NCBI GenBank assembly: GCA_963713855.1
Contig: OY970209.1
Location: 960,001 to 1,024,000 of the forward strand
Reading direction: 5' to 3'
Origin: an uncultured bacterium
GTDB taxonomy: Bacteria; Babelota; Babeliae; Babelales; Babelaceae
DNA length: 64,000 nt
Of the stretch, positions 9,193-18,280 are shown piece after piece; position 1 is the first letter of the stretch; each line of letters opens with the position of its first letter. Under the pieces are notes generated by a model. That model did no database searches. It was not told the DNA's origin and saw only the letters and a list, made by a program, of their open reading frames with translations. Position numbers and translations under genes: made by a program.

Positions 9193-10749
9193 GTGCTTAT
9201 AAAAAAATCGAGTGTATTTTTATTTTTAGTTATGGCTCAGCACACTTATCCAATGGAATATTCAAGCGAGGCTGGAAATAACTTATTTAGGGCTATTAGG
9301 CAGCTTGAAATTTCACAATTTCGCACTATCGTAGAGCAAGGTGCGGATATCAATGAAGTCAACGTTGATGGATATACCCCATTAACCTTTGCTTTACGTA
9401 TTAATCTGCCACTTGAGGGTATTAGGACGCTTCTTGAAGTTGGCGCTGATCCGTGCCTTACAGACCGAGTTGGCTCTATGCCGCTGGTATTAGCCATTGA
9501 GCTGCGAAATACGCCTGCTTTACAGCACATGCTAAACTTTGTTCCTGACATTAATATGCGAGTTAACGGAGGGAGAGATTCTTTATCAACCTACGCAGCT
9601 TCTTACGGAAATTATGAAGCTGTCGAAGCTTTATTCAACGGAGGTATATCTGAATCACTTACCAATGAAGAGAAAAAAGATGTTTTTCTGATAGAAAAAA
9701 ATGAACTCGGAGAGGTTCAGGTTGAAGACGGACTTAAGGGCAATCATGACTATTACTATAAAATTAAGATGTTAAGTTATGAGGCGCGTTTCAGGGCCAA
9801 TGAGGGTCCTCTTGAGGAACTCGTTCGAGATTTGATTGAAGTTCAAAACTCGAAACTTCCCGCGGATGAATTTGAGTCAGCGTATACCGAATCAATAAAC
9901 AGAATAAGAGAAGGTGTAGAGGCAGGAATGGGGTTAAATATTCAGTTTTGTGACCTTTTACATATTATTTATTATCACCTCCATCCAACACCTGAGGTGC
10001 AGTCTTTGCTTAGATTGTTATACGTGTCCGGTTTAAGACGAACTGATTGGCAAGAAGAAGATACGATGTATCCTATTCCTTATTTTGATCATAAAATATA
10101 TATGGACTTAATTCGACACGGCTTTTATTTTGAGAGTGAAAAGATTCGCAAGGCGCTGTCTGCCCGATTAAGTGATCGTTTAGTCCGCGATATCGTTTGG
10201 ACATCTTGTGAAGGTTATTTCTCAAAGCAAATTGTTGAAGACCTTAAAAAAGAAAAAGATTCTTTTTCTAAGGAAAGACTATATGTTATTTTTATGCTCG
10301 CAATCGGACGGCATCAGACTTTTCCGGATCTGGCTTTGGAGATGTTAAAAATTTTTGGGGAGCGGCTACCTATAGTCAAAGGGTTTATGCATGCAATATC
10401 AACTAATAATTTTAGTTTTGTCAGATCTCTTGCAACCATGTACGGTCATATGTTTACTCCTCATCAACTTCAGCAAGCGTTAAATCGAGCTGTCATAAGA
10501 GGCAGCGTTCAGATCGTTCAGTACTTGCTTTTAAAGATAAAAGAAAGCGTTAATATAGACATGGCTATTGAACTGGCTCACACAAGATTGACAAATTCGG
10601 CTCTTGGCAGCGAAATAAGAAACCGTTACCAAAAGATATATGATGCGCTGGTAGCTTGGCAACTTTCTGCTGCACCATCAACTCAATTACCGAATCCTCC
10701 TGATTTTTCTATGACTAGGGAGCCTCATCATTCGGTCAATCCTAATTGA
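9193..10749 (+). CDS. Ankyrin-repeat protein with signal peptide
   Basis: GADIN...GYTPLTFAL, LLEVGADP...GSMPLVLAI and AASYGNYEAVEAL ankyrin repeats. Confidence 0.85.
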   Translation: MLIKKSSVFLFLVMAQHTYPMEYSSEAGNNLFRAIRQLEISQFRTIVEQGADINEVNVDGYTPLTFALRINLPLEGIRTLLEVGADPCLTDRVGSMPLVLAIELRNTPALQHMLNFVPDINMRVNGGRDSLSTYAASYGNYEAVEALFNGGISESLTNEEKKDVFLIEKNELGEVQVEDGLKGNHDYYYKIKMLSYEARFRANEGPLEELVRDLIEVQNSKLPADEFESAYTESINRIREGVEAGMGLNIQFCDLLHIIYYHLHPTPEVQSLLRLLYVSGLRRTDWQEEDTMYPIPYFDHKIYMDLIRHGFYFESEKIRKALSARLSDRLVRDIVWTSCEGYFSKQIVEDLKKEKDSFSKERLYVIFMLAIGRHQTFPDLALEMLKIFGERLPIVKGFMHAISTNNFSFVRSLATMYGHMFTPHQLQQALNRAVIRGSVQIVQYLLLKIKESVNIDMAIELAHTRLTNSALGSEIRNRYQKIYDALVAWQLSAAPSTQLPNPPDFSMTREPHHSVNPN

Positions 10750-10888
10750 GTAGTAGAACCTTCTCATGAACTAGGTTGCTTGTATTTTCTCGTTAGATAA
10801 CGTTGCTTGTAAAAGAAAACGATATATGCAATCCTAAGAATTTGAGCTATTTTCTGCATAAGCAAATATCATTCAGGAGCTTATCTAT

Positions 10889-12127
10889 ATGATAGATTTG
10901 AATTTGTTAAGAGAACATCCGGAGCAAGTAATAAACGCGGTTAAAAGAAAAGATCCGTATTTTGCCATCGATGATTTAATTCAGCTTGACCAGCGACTGA
11001 GAAACCTAAAGACACAAGTAGACACTTTACGTGCTGAAAAGAACGAATTGGCTCGTAGTGCTCAAAAAGGCGTGACGCAAGAAATCCGCGAACGGTCCAA
11101 GGCGCTTGAGCCTTTATTAAAGGACACTGAGCTTGAGTTTAAAGTTGTGCAGAAGGAATTTGAAGCGTTGTATCTTTTTTGTCCCAATTTGCCTGCTGAA
11201 GATGTACCCAAAGGCAATAAGGAGTCTAATCAAGTGGTACGAGTGTGGGGTGAGCGTCCAACGTTTACTTTTGCTCCTAAAAATCACGTCGAGCTTGGAG
11301 AGCGCATGGGCTGGTTTGACTTTGGGGCAGCCGCTCGGATGACCGGCTCTAACTTCGTTTTGTATAAAAACGACGGTGTTAACCTTATGTATGCCCTTGC
11401 GTTATTTATGTATATGAACAATAGAAAACACGGGTTTGACCCTGTTCTTCCTCCCTATCTTGTTAACGAATCGGCTTTAATAGGGGCGAGTAACTTTCCC
11501 CGTTTTAGGGAAGACGTGTACGAAATTGCTCGAGAAAAACTATATTTAACCCCGACTTCTGAAGTAAATCTTGCAAACGTATATCGCGATCATATATTCT
11601 CAGTTACAGAGCTACCTAAAAGAATGACATCTTGGACGAGTTGCTTTAGACGGGAAGCTGGAGGATACGGCGCTACCGAGCGCGGTCTCATTCGCATCCA
11701 CCAATTTGAAAAGGTTGAGCTCTATACGCTCTGTAAGCCAGAGGAATCTGAACAAGAGCAAGAGCGCATGCTGCGAACAGCTGAAGAACTTCTGCAAAAG
11801 CTAGGTTTACACTACAGAGTAAGCTTGCTTGCTGCGCAAGATTGTTCTTTTGCTTCGGCAAAAACGTATGATCTAGAAGTTTGGATGCCAGGGCAGGGTG
11901 AATACAAAGAGGTGTCGTCTATAAGTAACTGTACCGATTTTCAGGCTCGTCGCTGTGGTATACGCTTTAAGCGAGACCCGCAGGGAAAGTCTGCGTTGGT
12001 ACATACGCTCAATGGTTCTTCTTTAGCGTTGCCGCGCGTGTTTGTCGCGCTTATGGAAACGTATCAAAAAGAGGATGGAACCCTGAAATTGCCGGAATTT
12101 TTACATGAGGTGGCATTTTCTTGGTGA
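10889..12127 (+). CDS. serS: Serine--tRNA ligase
   Basis: LTPTSEV, FRREAG, GLIRIHQFEKVE, EVSSISNCTDFQARR, HTLNGS. Confidence 0.98.
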   Translation: MIDLNLLREHPEQVINAVKRKDPYFAIDDLIQLDQRLRNLKTQVDTLRAEKNELARSAQKGVTQEIRERSKALEPLLKDTELEFKVVQKEFEALYLFCPNLPAEDVPKGNKESNQVVRVWGERPTFTFAPKNHVELGERMGWFDFGAAARMTGSNFVLYKNDGVNLMYALALFMYMNNRKHGFDPVLPPYLVNESALIGASNFPRFREDVYEIAREKLYLTPTSEVNLANVYRDHIFSVTELPKRMTSWTSCFRREAGGYGATERGLIRIHQFEKVELYTLCKPEESEQEQERMLRTAEELLQKLGLHYRVSLLAAQDCSFASAKTYDLEVWMPGQGEYKEVSSISNCTDFQARRCGIRFKRDPQGKSALVHTLNGSSLALPRVFVALMETYQKEDGTLKLPEFLHEVAFSW

Positions 12128-12316
12128 GCATCCCCCTCTTGACACGTCTGGTAAACTTAAAATATATAGGGTTTTAGGTTTTTCGGGTCTACGCAAACCC
12201 GAAGGTGTCTAAAATCATATATAAGTACGCAAAAGCCATGTGATCCAATACTATCAAGGCTCAAGGAAAGGAAGGATGGTTGGAATAATGTGTGCATTTT
12301 TAAGGAGACCACATTC

Positions 12317-12778
12317 ATGGCTAAACATGTGGGCATTAAATTGCCAGACGACTTACTTCCTCTGTTAAAAGCAGAGAAAACAATAGCAGTTCTAGCTACC
12401 TTTTCCGAAAAGGGGCTACCCCATGCCACACCCTTGCAGTGGGTGTACCCAAAAGGCCTTGAAAGTATACTAATTACTATTCATAAGGACCATGAAGGCT
12501 ATCACAATATGGTATGGCAGAAAAAAGTCATGCTCAACTTCTTGGATGAGAATGATGTAGCATACAGTATACTCGGAAGAGCTGGTGTAGTAAGAGCACC
12601 TTCAAATGTTCATCCTCTTATGAATGTTGTACGGCTTGATATTATCGATATTAAGAGCGATAAATCACCAATCGTACGCGTTAATAAAGGGGTTTCTTGG
12701 GCTTATACATCACCTGAAGCCGAAGAACTAGGTAATGCACTCATGGGTGAGCTTAAGGAATTAGCCACTAGCCTTTAA
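12317..12778 (+). CDS. Pyridoxamine 5'-phosphate oxidase-like (FMN-binding split barrel) protein
   Basis: AVLATFSEKGLPHATP motif; AAGGAG SD before ATG 12317. Confidence 0.7.
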   Translation: MAKHVGIKLPDDLLPLLKAEKTIAVLATFSEKGLPHATPLQWVYPKGLESILITIHKDHEGYHNMVWQKKVMLNFLDENDVAYSILGRAGVVRAPSNVHPLMNVVRLDIIDIKSDKSPIVRVNKGVSWAYTSPEAEELGNALMGELKELATSL

Positions 12779-12781
12779 ATA

Positions 12782-13768
12782 GTGCTGAAGGTGAAAGATA
12801 TGATTGTAAGAAAGAGAACGAAGCTCTGTGTTGCATGTGCGTTACACGCATCGTGTATCGCGATGCAGCCGGCAAAACCAGCATTGCCTTTGCAGGCAGA
12901 AAAGTGGCTTCCTGCGCCCGCGTTACCACAGGAAGCGTTCTTTGATGAAACACGGGGCAATTTTTACTATAAGCGCGAGTACTATAGAAAAGCACGAGAA
13001 GCTTATGACACGCTTCGTCAAAAAGTTGATCAGCTTGGGGGGGTTAAAAATGCTTTTTTTAAGAGGCGATCTTATATCGATAAAGAGGTTGCAGATTTCA
13101 ATGCAAGCCTTGGCTTTGAGGAAGGACGCATAGATGAAGTATTACAAGAGCTTTCTCAAGGCATTACCCATGAACGTCAGGAAATGATCGAACTCACTGA
13201 AGAAGAGCGAGAACTTGAGCGCCAAGTTAAAGAAAAAAAGCAAACACTTGACCAGCTTAAGTTGGATTTATCGGTATTGGGCAATCTGGATGGTGCTCTC
13301 GATGAAAGCATTGGCAAAGTGCTTCAAACTATGAGCCAAGCACGCTCGTATCAAGAAAAAGGATGGCAAAGCTATAAAGCGATCGGAGCTGAGCTTAATG
13401 ATCGTAAAGCTGAGCAGCTTTACCTTTCTATTCAAACCGATATTACTAATGTTGAAGGGCTCATCAAATACCTAAAAGGTACTTTAGATCCGTACATTTC
13501 TCAAAAAGTTCAAGAGATTGATGGCTTCATGAGCAAGATTCGTGCGGGTGTTAACCAGCTTAAGGACCAGGGTATAACGCTGTCTAAAGAGCTTGCCGAA
13601 CAAGAAGCTTTAGATAAAAAACGCAAAGAAGAAGAGCTCAAAAAAGAGCTTGAAGCACAAGCTCAAGCAAAAAAAAGAGCTCAATCAACGTGGTGGCAAC
13701 GCTTTAAAGGCTTTGTAGGGGGATTATGGGCTACGATTTTTGGCGGTAAGACTGTTAAAAAGACGTAG
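12782..13768 (+). CDS. Hypothetical coiled-coil protein
   Basis: 328-aa ORF with heptad-rich body, possible signal peptide and amphipathic C-terminus (TWWQRFKGFVGGLW). Confidence 0.75.
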   Translation: MLKVKDMIVRKRTKLCVACALHASCIAMQPAKPALPLQAEKWLPAPALPQEAFFDETRGNFYYKREYYRKAREAYDTLRQKVDQLGGVKNAFFKRRSYIDKEVADFNASLGFEEGRIDEVLQELSQGITHERQEMIELTEEERELERQVKEKKQTLDQLKLDLSVLGNLDGALDESIGKVLQTMSQARSYQEKGWQSYKAIGAELNDRKAEQLYLSIQTDITNVEGLIKYLKGTLDPYISQKVQEIDGFMSKIRAGVNQLKDQGITLSKELAEQEALDKKRKEEELKKELEAQAQAKKRAQSTWWQRFKGFVGGLWATIFGGKTVKKT

Positions 13769-13786
13769 TTAAGTTTTTATATTATG

Positions 13787-13814
13787 GAGGGATAGTTTAC
13801 GACTATCCCTCTTT
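13787..13814. terminator. Terminator hairpin between convergent genes
   Basis: GAGGGATAGT-ttacg-ACTATCCCTC-TTT. Confidence 0.75.
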
Positions 13815-13823
13815 CTACGAAAA

Positions 13824-14443
13824 TTATCTAGTAAGGCTAGCAAACCAGGAGTTTCTTGCATTTTGATTGCGTTCATCTATACGTTGCTGAATCATTTGGC
13901 AAAGTTGTTCTACTTGAACATCTAATGGCACACAAAGACCAAAGAAACAAAACGCCTTACAAGCATCTATAGGATACAAGTCGTTTTCATGATTGGGCGT
14001 TAGCTTCATAATGATATCTCTCAGTGCGACAAAATCTTCACGGTTTTTTTGTCTTGAGAGCATAAATAGTTAAGCGCCCAAGCAAATCTTACTTTGGGAT
14101 TTAGTCTGAATTCATCATAACAATTGCTCCACGCTCTTTCATAGGCATTTTCTAAAAGCTCTTTATGATTGTATTGAATTGCGAGTTCAATAACTTTCCT
14201 GATAGCGTAATCTCTGCTAAATCTCTGCTGAAGCTCATCGAAACTACTAATGTCACAGGCCACTGCTCTGATCTCATCAAAGTCTCTCTTCTCTTTAAGA
14301 AGGTTTTCTAATATGTTTATCTTTTCTTCTGGCGTAATGAGATGCGAGCATTCGCTTTGCATGTGCTTTTTGCAATCCACATTTCCTTGTACACTAAGAA
14401 CGAATCCCATAATCAGCAATCCGAGGTGATGGACATTCTTCAT
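13824..14443 (-). pseudogene. Secreted hypothetical protein split by a frameshift in an A7 run
   Basis: ORFs 14021-14443 (signal peptide, AAAGGAG SD) and 13824-14063 join in frame (QDKKNREDF) if one A is added at 14044-14050. Confidence 0.6.
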
Positions 14444-14533
14444 ATGCTCTCCTTTAACGGTGAAAATCCTACTGTAGTATATTTGGATATGGCAAATTGT
14501 CTATTAAGGCTACAACGGGTAATTATTTTTTGT

Positions 14534-14915
14534 AACAAAATCTAGGTAGTGTCCCTGAATAGTAAGGCAAAGAAAAATAGGCGCCTACGCGGCGCGGGCG
14601 GCAGGACCCTCCACTAATCGCCCTCTGCGATGGCTGTTGCGGACCAATCATGCCTTACTTGGCATGGTATGGTTCCTGCACCTGTTGCTTGTTTTGAGTG
14701 TTCCATATACTTATGCTGTATGAGATAGACCGGTAAACCCGGTCTATCTCATAGGCACATATACCAGAAAGGGAAGCCTTTCTGGTATATTAACCTACAT
14801 ATAAAGTTTAAGCGGGGTTGGGGAAAGGGCATAAAGCCTGGGTCAAGGGTGTCTACCCTTGCGCTCGCCGCGTAGGCGTAAGCTTGCCTGATTTTTATTT
14901 GTAAACAAAATCTAG
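14534..14915. repeat. Highly structured non-coding element (nested hairpins, 13-bp inverted repeat, 12-bp flanking direct repeats)
   Basis: DR AACAAAATCTAG 14534-45 and 14904-15; IR CGCCTACGCGGCG 14582-94 / 14866-78; perfect stems at 14719-53 and 14759-90. Confidence 0.75.
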
Positions 14916-15037
14916 CTTTGCAGCTTTGGCGATCTTTGCATGGTTTTAGGATAGCTTAATGCCCTAAAAATGATTTGCTAAGGCTCTTTTTCTATGATAT
15001 TTTAGTAAGTATATTTACCTACATATATATGTAAAAA

Positions 15038-15124
15038 GCGGAAGTGGTGGAATTGGCAGACACGCAGCTTTGAGGGGGCTGTGGAGGAAACTCCGTGGGG
15101 GTTCGAGTCCCTTCTTCCGCACCA
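15038..15124 (+). tRNA. tRNA-Leu (GAG)
   Basis: GCGGAAGTGGTGGAATTGGCAGACACGC, loop TTGAGGG, long variable arm, GGTTCGAGTCC, CCA end. Confidence 0.95.
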
Positions 15125-15140
15125 AGTTAAAAGGAACAAA

Positions 15141-16697
15141 ATGGCAGTGGCAGTAAGGCGTTTTTTGTTTTCAAGTCTGGCATTGTGGATAGCTGTTACC
15201 CTTGTGGGTGCCTACTTTCTCTTGCATGTAAGAAAATTTATCAATCTCGGCGTCGACCTTGTTGGTGGCACATACATTACGCTAAAAGTTCAGACCGAAA
15301 AAGCGGTCGAATCTGAGCTTGCCCACAAGGCCCAGTCGCTTGTGTCGATTCTTAAGTCTAATAATCAGCCTGCTCCTGACTCGGTTACCGTTACCCTTCA
15401 TGAAGCTTCTCTTAATTTCCCAAATGAAGATACAGCCCGCAAGGCTGAAAACTTCCTCATATCACAAGAGCTTGGCGGCCGTTTTGCTCGTGAATCTACC
15501 GCTTTAAAGGTTAGGCTTACAAAAGAGGAAAAGCTAGCAATTGAAAGGGAGGCCGTTGAAGGCAATATGCGCATTCTCGAAAGACGGCTTAATCCTTATG
15601 GGGCCGAGGAAGTTTCGATTATAAAACAGGGTGAGCGAAATATCATTATAGAGCTTCCTAATGTTCATGATACACAACAAGCTAAAGCTATGATTGGTAA
15701 GACTGCTTTGCTTGAAATTAAGCTTGTAGAGGATGTAGGAAGAAGTCCTGAAGACCTTTTAAAGCGGCATGGTGGTAAAATTCCCGAGGACATGGTGATC
15801 GCAAAAGGGCAAGAGCGGGGAGGCGATGGTCTTTACTATTACCTAGTGCCCAAGTATACCGATCTAACTGGTAGGCTTTTGAAAGATGCTGTCGCTGATG
15901 TTGGTGGTGAATTAGGAACGACTCCTACGGTGAAAATCCGCTTTAATGCCGAGGGCGCTGATAAATTTTATGATATAACAAGTAAGAATATAGGTCGTTC
16001 GGCCGCTATTCTTTTGGATAATGTGGTTATTACCGCTCCTCGCATAAATAGCGCAATTCGAGAATCGGGCGAAATTTCAGGTTCCATGACTATGCACGAT
16101 GCCCAAAACCTTGCGACACTTCTTAATGCAGGTGCATTTACGGCTCCCGTCAGCTTTGAGCAAGAGCTTCATATAGGTCCTTCTTTGGGTTACGAATCGA
16201 TCAGGAGCGGACTTATGGCTTGTGCTATCGGTCTTGGCGCTTTACTTATTTTTGCAGTTGCAATATATAAGATGTCCGGACTTCTGGCTTTTATCGTTTT
16301 ACTCTATAATATCCTTCTTATTTTATTTGGCTTTTACTGGCTGAAGGCTACTTTGACTTTGCCTGGTATAGCAGGTATGATTTTAACAGTTGGTATGGCA
16401 ATAGATGCCTCTATTCTCATTTATGAGCGCATTAAAGAAGAACTCGCAGCTGGCCTTCCCTTTAGAAAGGCCGTTGACGAAGGTTTTTCTGGAGCATTAG
16501 CTGTTATTTTAGATGCTAACATAACCCATTTCATAGTTGCTGTTGTGCTCTATAAATTTGGTGCGGGGCCTATAAGGGGATTTGCCATTGCAATGATCGT
16601 AGGCATCGTGTCAACCTTAATAACGGGGATACTTCTTCTAAAGTCCCTATTTAAGCTTCTGCTTGATGGCTTAGGTTTTAAGCGCATAAGTATTTAA
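15141..16697 (+). CDS. secD: Protein translocase subunit SecD
   Basis: NLGVDLVGG, IGPSLG, TLTLPGIAGMILTVGMAIDASILIYERIKEE. Start moved to ATG 15141 because the upstream ORF extension overlaps the tRNA. Confidence 0.96.
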   Translation: MAVAVRRFLFSSLALWIAVTLVGAYFLLHVRKFINLGVDLVGGTYITLKVQTEKAVESELAHKAQSLVSILKSNNQPAPDSVTVTLHEASLNFPNEDTARKAENFLISQELGGRFARESTALKVRLTKEEKLAIEREAVEGNMRILERRLNPYGAEEVSIIKQGERNIIIELPNVHDTQQAKAMIGKTALLEIKLVEDVGRSPEDLLKRHGGKIPEDMVIAKGQERGGDGLYYYLVPKYTDLTGRLLKDAVADVGGELGTTPTVKIRFNAEGADKFYDITSKNIGRSAAILLDNVVITAPRINSAIRESGEISGSMTMHDAQNLATLLNAGAFTAPVSFEQELHIGPSLGYESIRSGLMACAIGLGALLIFAVAIYKMSGLLAFIVLLYNILLILFGFYWLKATLTLPGIAGMILTVGMAIDASILIYERIKEELAAGLPFRKAVDEGFSGALAVILDANITHFIVAVVLYKFGAGPIRGFAIAMIVGIVSTLITGILLLKSLFKLLLDGLGFKRISI

Positions 16698-16705
16698 AGG
16701 TTCGT

Positions 16706-16782
16706 GGCGACGTAGCTCAGCTGGTTAGAGCGGCGGAATCATAATCCGTAGGTCCGGGGTTCAAGTCCCTGCGTCGCCACCA
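16706..16782 (+). tRNA. tRNA-Met elongator (CAT)
   Basis: GGCGACGTAGCTCAGCTGG...GAATCATAATC...GGTTCAAGTCC...CGTCGCCACCA; paired G1-C72, so not an initiator. Confidence 0.92.
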
Positions 16783-16921
16783 CTTTTTTCGCTCCTCCTT
16801 CTCTCACAAACCATCCTCCCCACTCACACTATAGCCTTTCTCGGTCCGCCACCTGTGAAAATGATATCTTGAAACCACTTGATTTAATTTGCTAATATGT
16901 AATTAATTAAAGGAGTAATAC

Positions 16922-17128
16922 ATGAAGTTTCATATTTTGTTTGCTTTAACAGTATTTGCTTTTTCCGCCCGCCAGCTTCAAGCTTTCTCAACTGGCGGCT
17001 GCCATGGTTTAGATCGGGGTGATGCTTGTACTATTTTTGTGCGTCATAGAGGTGGCGTGGCTGCAAGGCCAGGTACGTGTACAGAGCAGGGAGAAAACCT
17101 TGTCTGTGTTCAAGACCCGAACTATTAA
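16922..17128 (+). CDS. Small secreted 4-Cys peptide
   Basis: AAGGAG SD; signal peptide ending LQA; mature part C...GDAC...GTC...LVC. Confidence 0.75.
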   Translation: MKFHILFALTVFAFSARQLQAFSTGGCHGLDRGDACTIFVRHRGGVAARPGTCTEQGENLVCVQDPNY

Positions 17129-17260
17129 TAGCTCAGATCTATTTCTTTCAGATTAGGTGAGCATCTTTTTCGGCTTAAGTGTCCTTTTAGGCATTTTTTT
17201 ATGAATCTCTTGTTTACCCCAGTGCTTTCTTGTTACTATTAAGCAATAGAGGAGAAAAAG

Positions 17261-18268
17261 ATGCTTAGAAGCAATCTATTTTTTTTAGCAATAAGTTTAA
17301 TTTTTACTAATGCGCTTATGTGCCCAGAATTTGAGCCACAGGGTGAAGAACCTGGTAAGCCAGAGGAAACTGGTCGAGGAACTGCGCCAAGTGAGACTAT
17401 GCCACCAGTACAAGGTGCCCCTGAGCCTCCAGTAGAAGAAGGCGCGCCAACAACAGTGGGTGGGTTACCAGAAGAGCAACCGGTTGTTCTTCCTACAGGT
17501 AAGGAAGGAGCATCACCCGTAGCACCTTTAGAGGTAGAATATAGGCCAGAACAAATTGCACAGGCTGTTTTTAATCTTAGTACTATGACTCCAGCAGAAA
17601 CTGATGCGACTTTTGCATCGATAGAAAAGGGGACAGTCGAGCCAAAAACGCTTCTTCAGGCGATTACGAATCTTATAAATCCGATAAGAGATAGTATAAC
17701 TGCTTTTGGAGAAGGTCTTGCGAGTAAAGCGAGAGTAATTGTCTCCAGAATTGCAGAACTGGTTGGTATTTTTGAGCAGAAGGTGATTGAGTCACCTGAC
17801 ACTGCTCAACCAGAGTTGCTCGGCGAGACGTCAAAGCTTATTGATTTGTTAGAGACGGGACCGTCTGTTAATGATTTTCGTCAGGCAAGGGATAGTGTAA
17901 ATGGTCTTGCGAGGGTGATACAAAGTGCAAATCGGCTTTCAGAGCTTGGCGGTGAATTTGGTTTTACTTTTAAAAATGGTATTACGCTCAAAAGTTTAAC
18001 TGAGCTAATTCAAGTTAGGGGACCTCAAGCACTTGAAAGACTCGAAAAGATTTACGAAAATAACATTGGAGCTCGGCGCGCGGATATTTCGCCGCAAGAA
18101 GCTTTGACCGATCCTATACTGAAAAGTCTACAAGAAAGGCTTGAATTGACTCGCGAGTCATACAGAAAATTTGATGTTGCCCTGAGAGAGGCGCGATTTC
18201 TAGTCATTTCCGAAACAGCTCGCTTAAAGGCTATGCATTTCATGTACCTCAATCGAAATGAGATATAA
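17261..18268 (+). CDS. Secreted hypothetical protein with Pro/Glu-rich N-terminus (paralogue 1)
   Basis: GAGGAG SD, signal peptide, PPVQGAPE.PVEEGAP shared with the next gene. Confidence 0.85.
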   Translation: MLRSNLFFLAISLIFTNALMCPEFEPQGEEPGKPEETGRGTAPSETMPPVQGAPEPPVEEGAPTTVGGLPEEQPVVLPTGKEGASPVAPLEVEYRPEQIAQAVFNLSTMTPAETDATFASIEKGTVEPKTLLQAITNLINPIRDSITAFGEGLASKARVIVSRIAELVGIFEQKVIESPDTAQPELLGETSKLIDLLETGPSVNDFRQARDSVNGLARVIQSANRLSELGGEFGFTFKNGITLKSLTELIQVRGPQALERLEKIYENNIGARRADISPQEALTDPILKSLQERLELTRESYRKFDVALREARFLVISETARLKAMHFMYLNRNEI

Positions 18269-18280
18269 TGGGCTTTAAAA

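Noticed and set aside
12223..12260. c-di-GMP-I riboswitch (ACGCAAAAGCC resemblance)
   Set aside because: The GGCAAAC...GAAA first stem is missing and the match is too short.
15081..15140. N-terminal extension of the secD ORF
   Set aside because: It overlaps tRNA-Leu; the real start is ATG 15141 after AAGGA.
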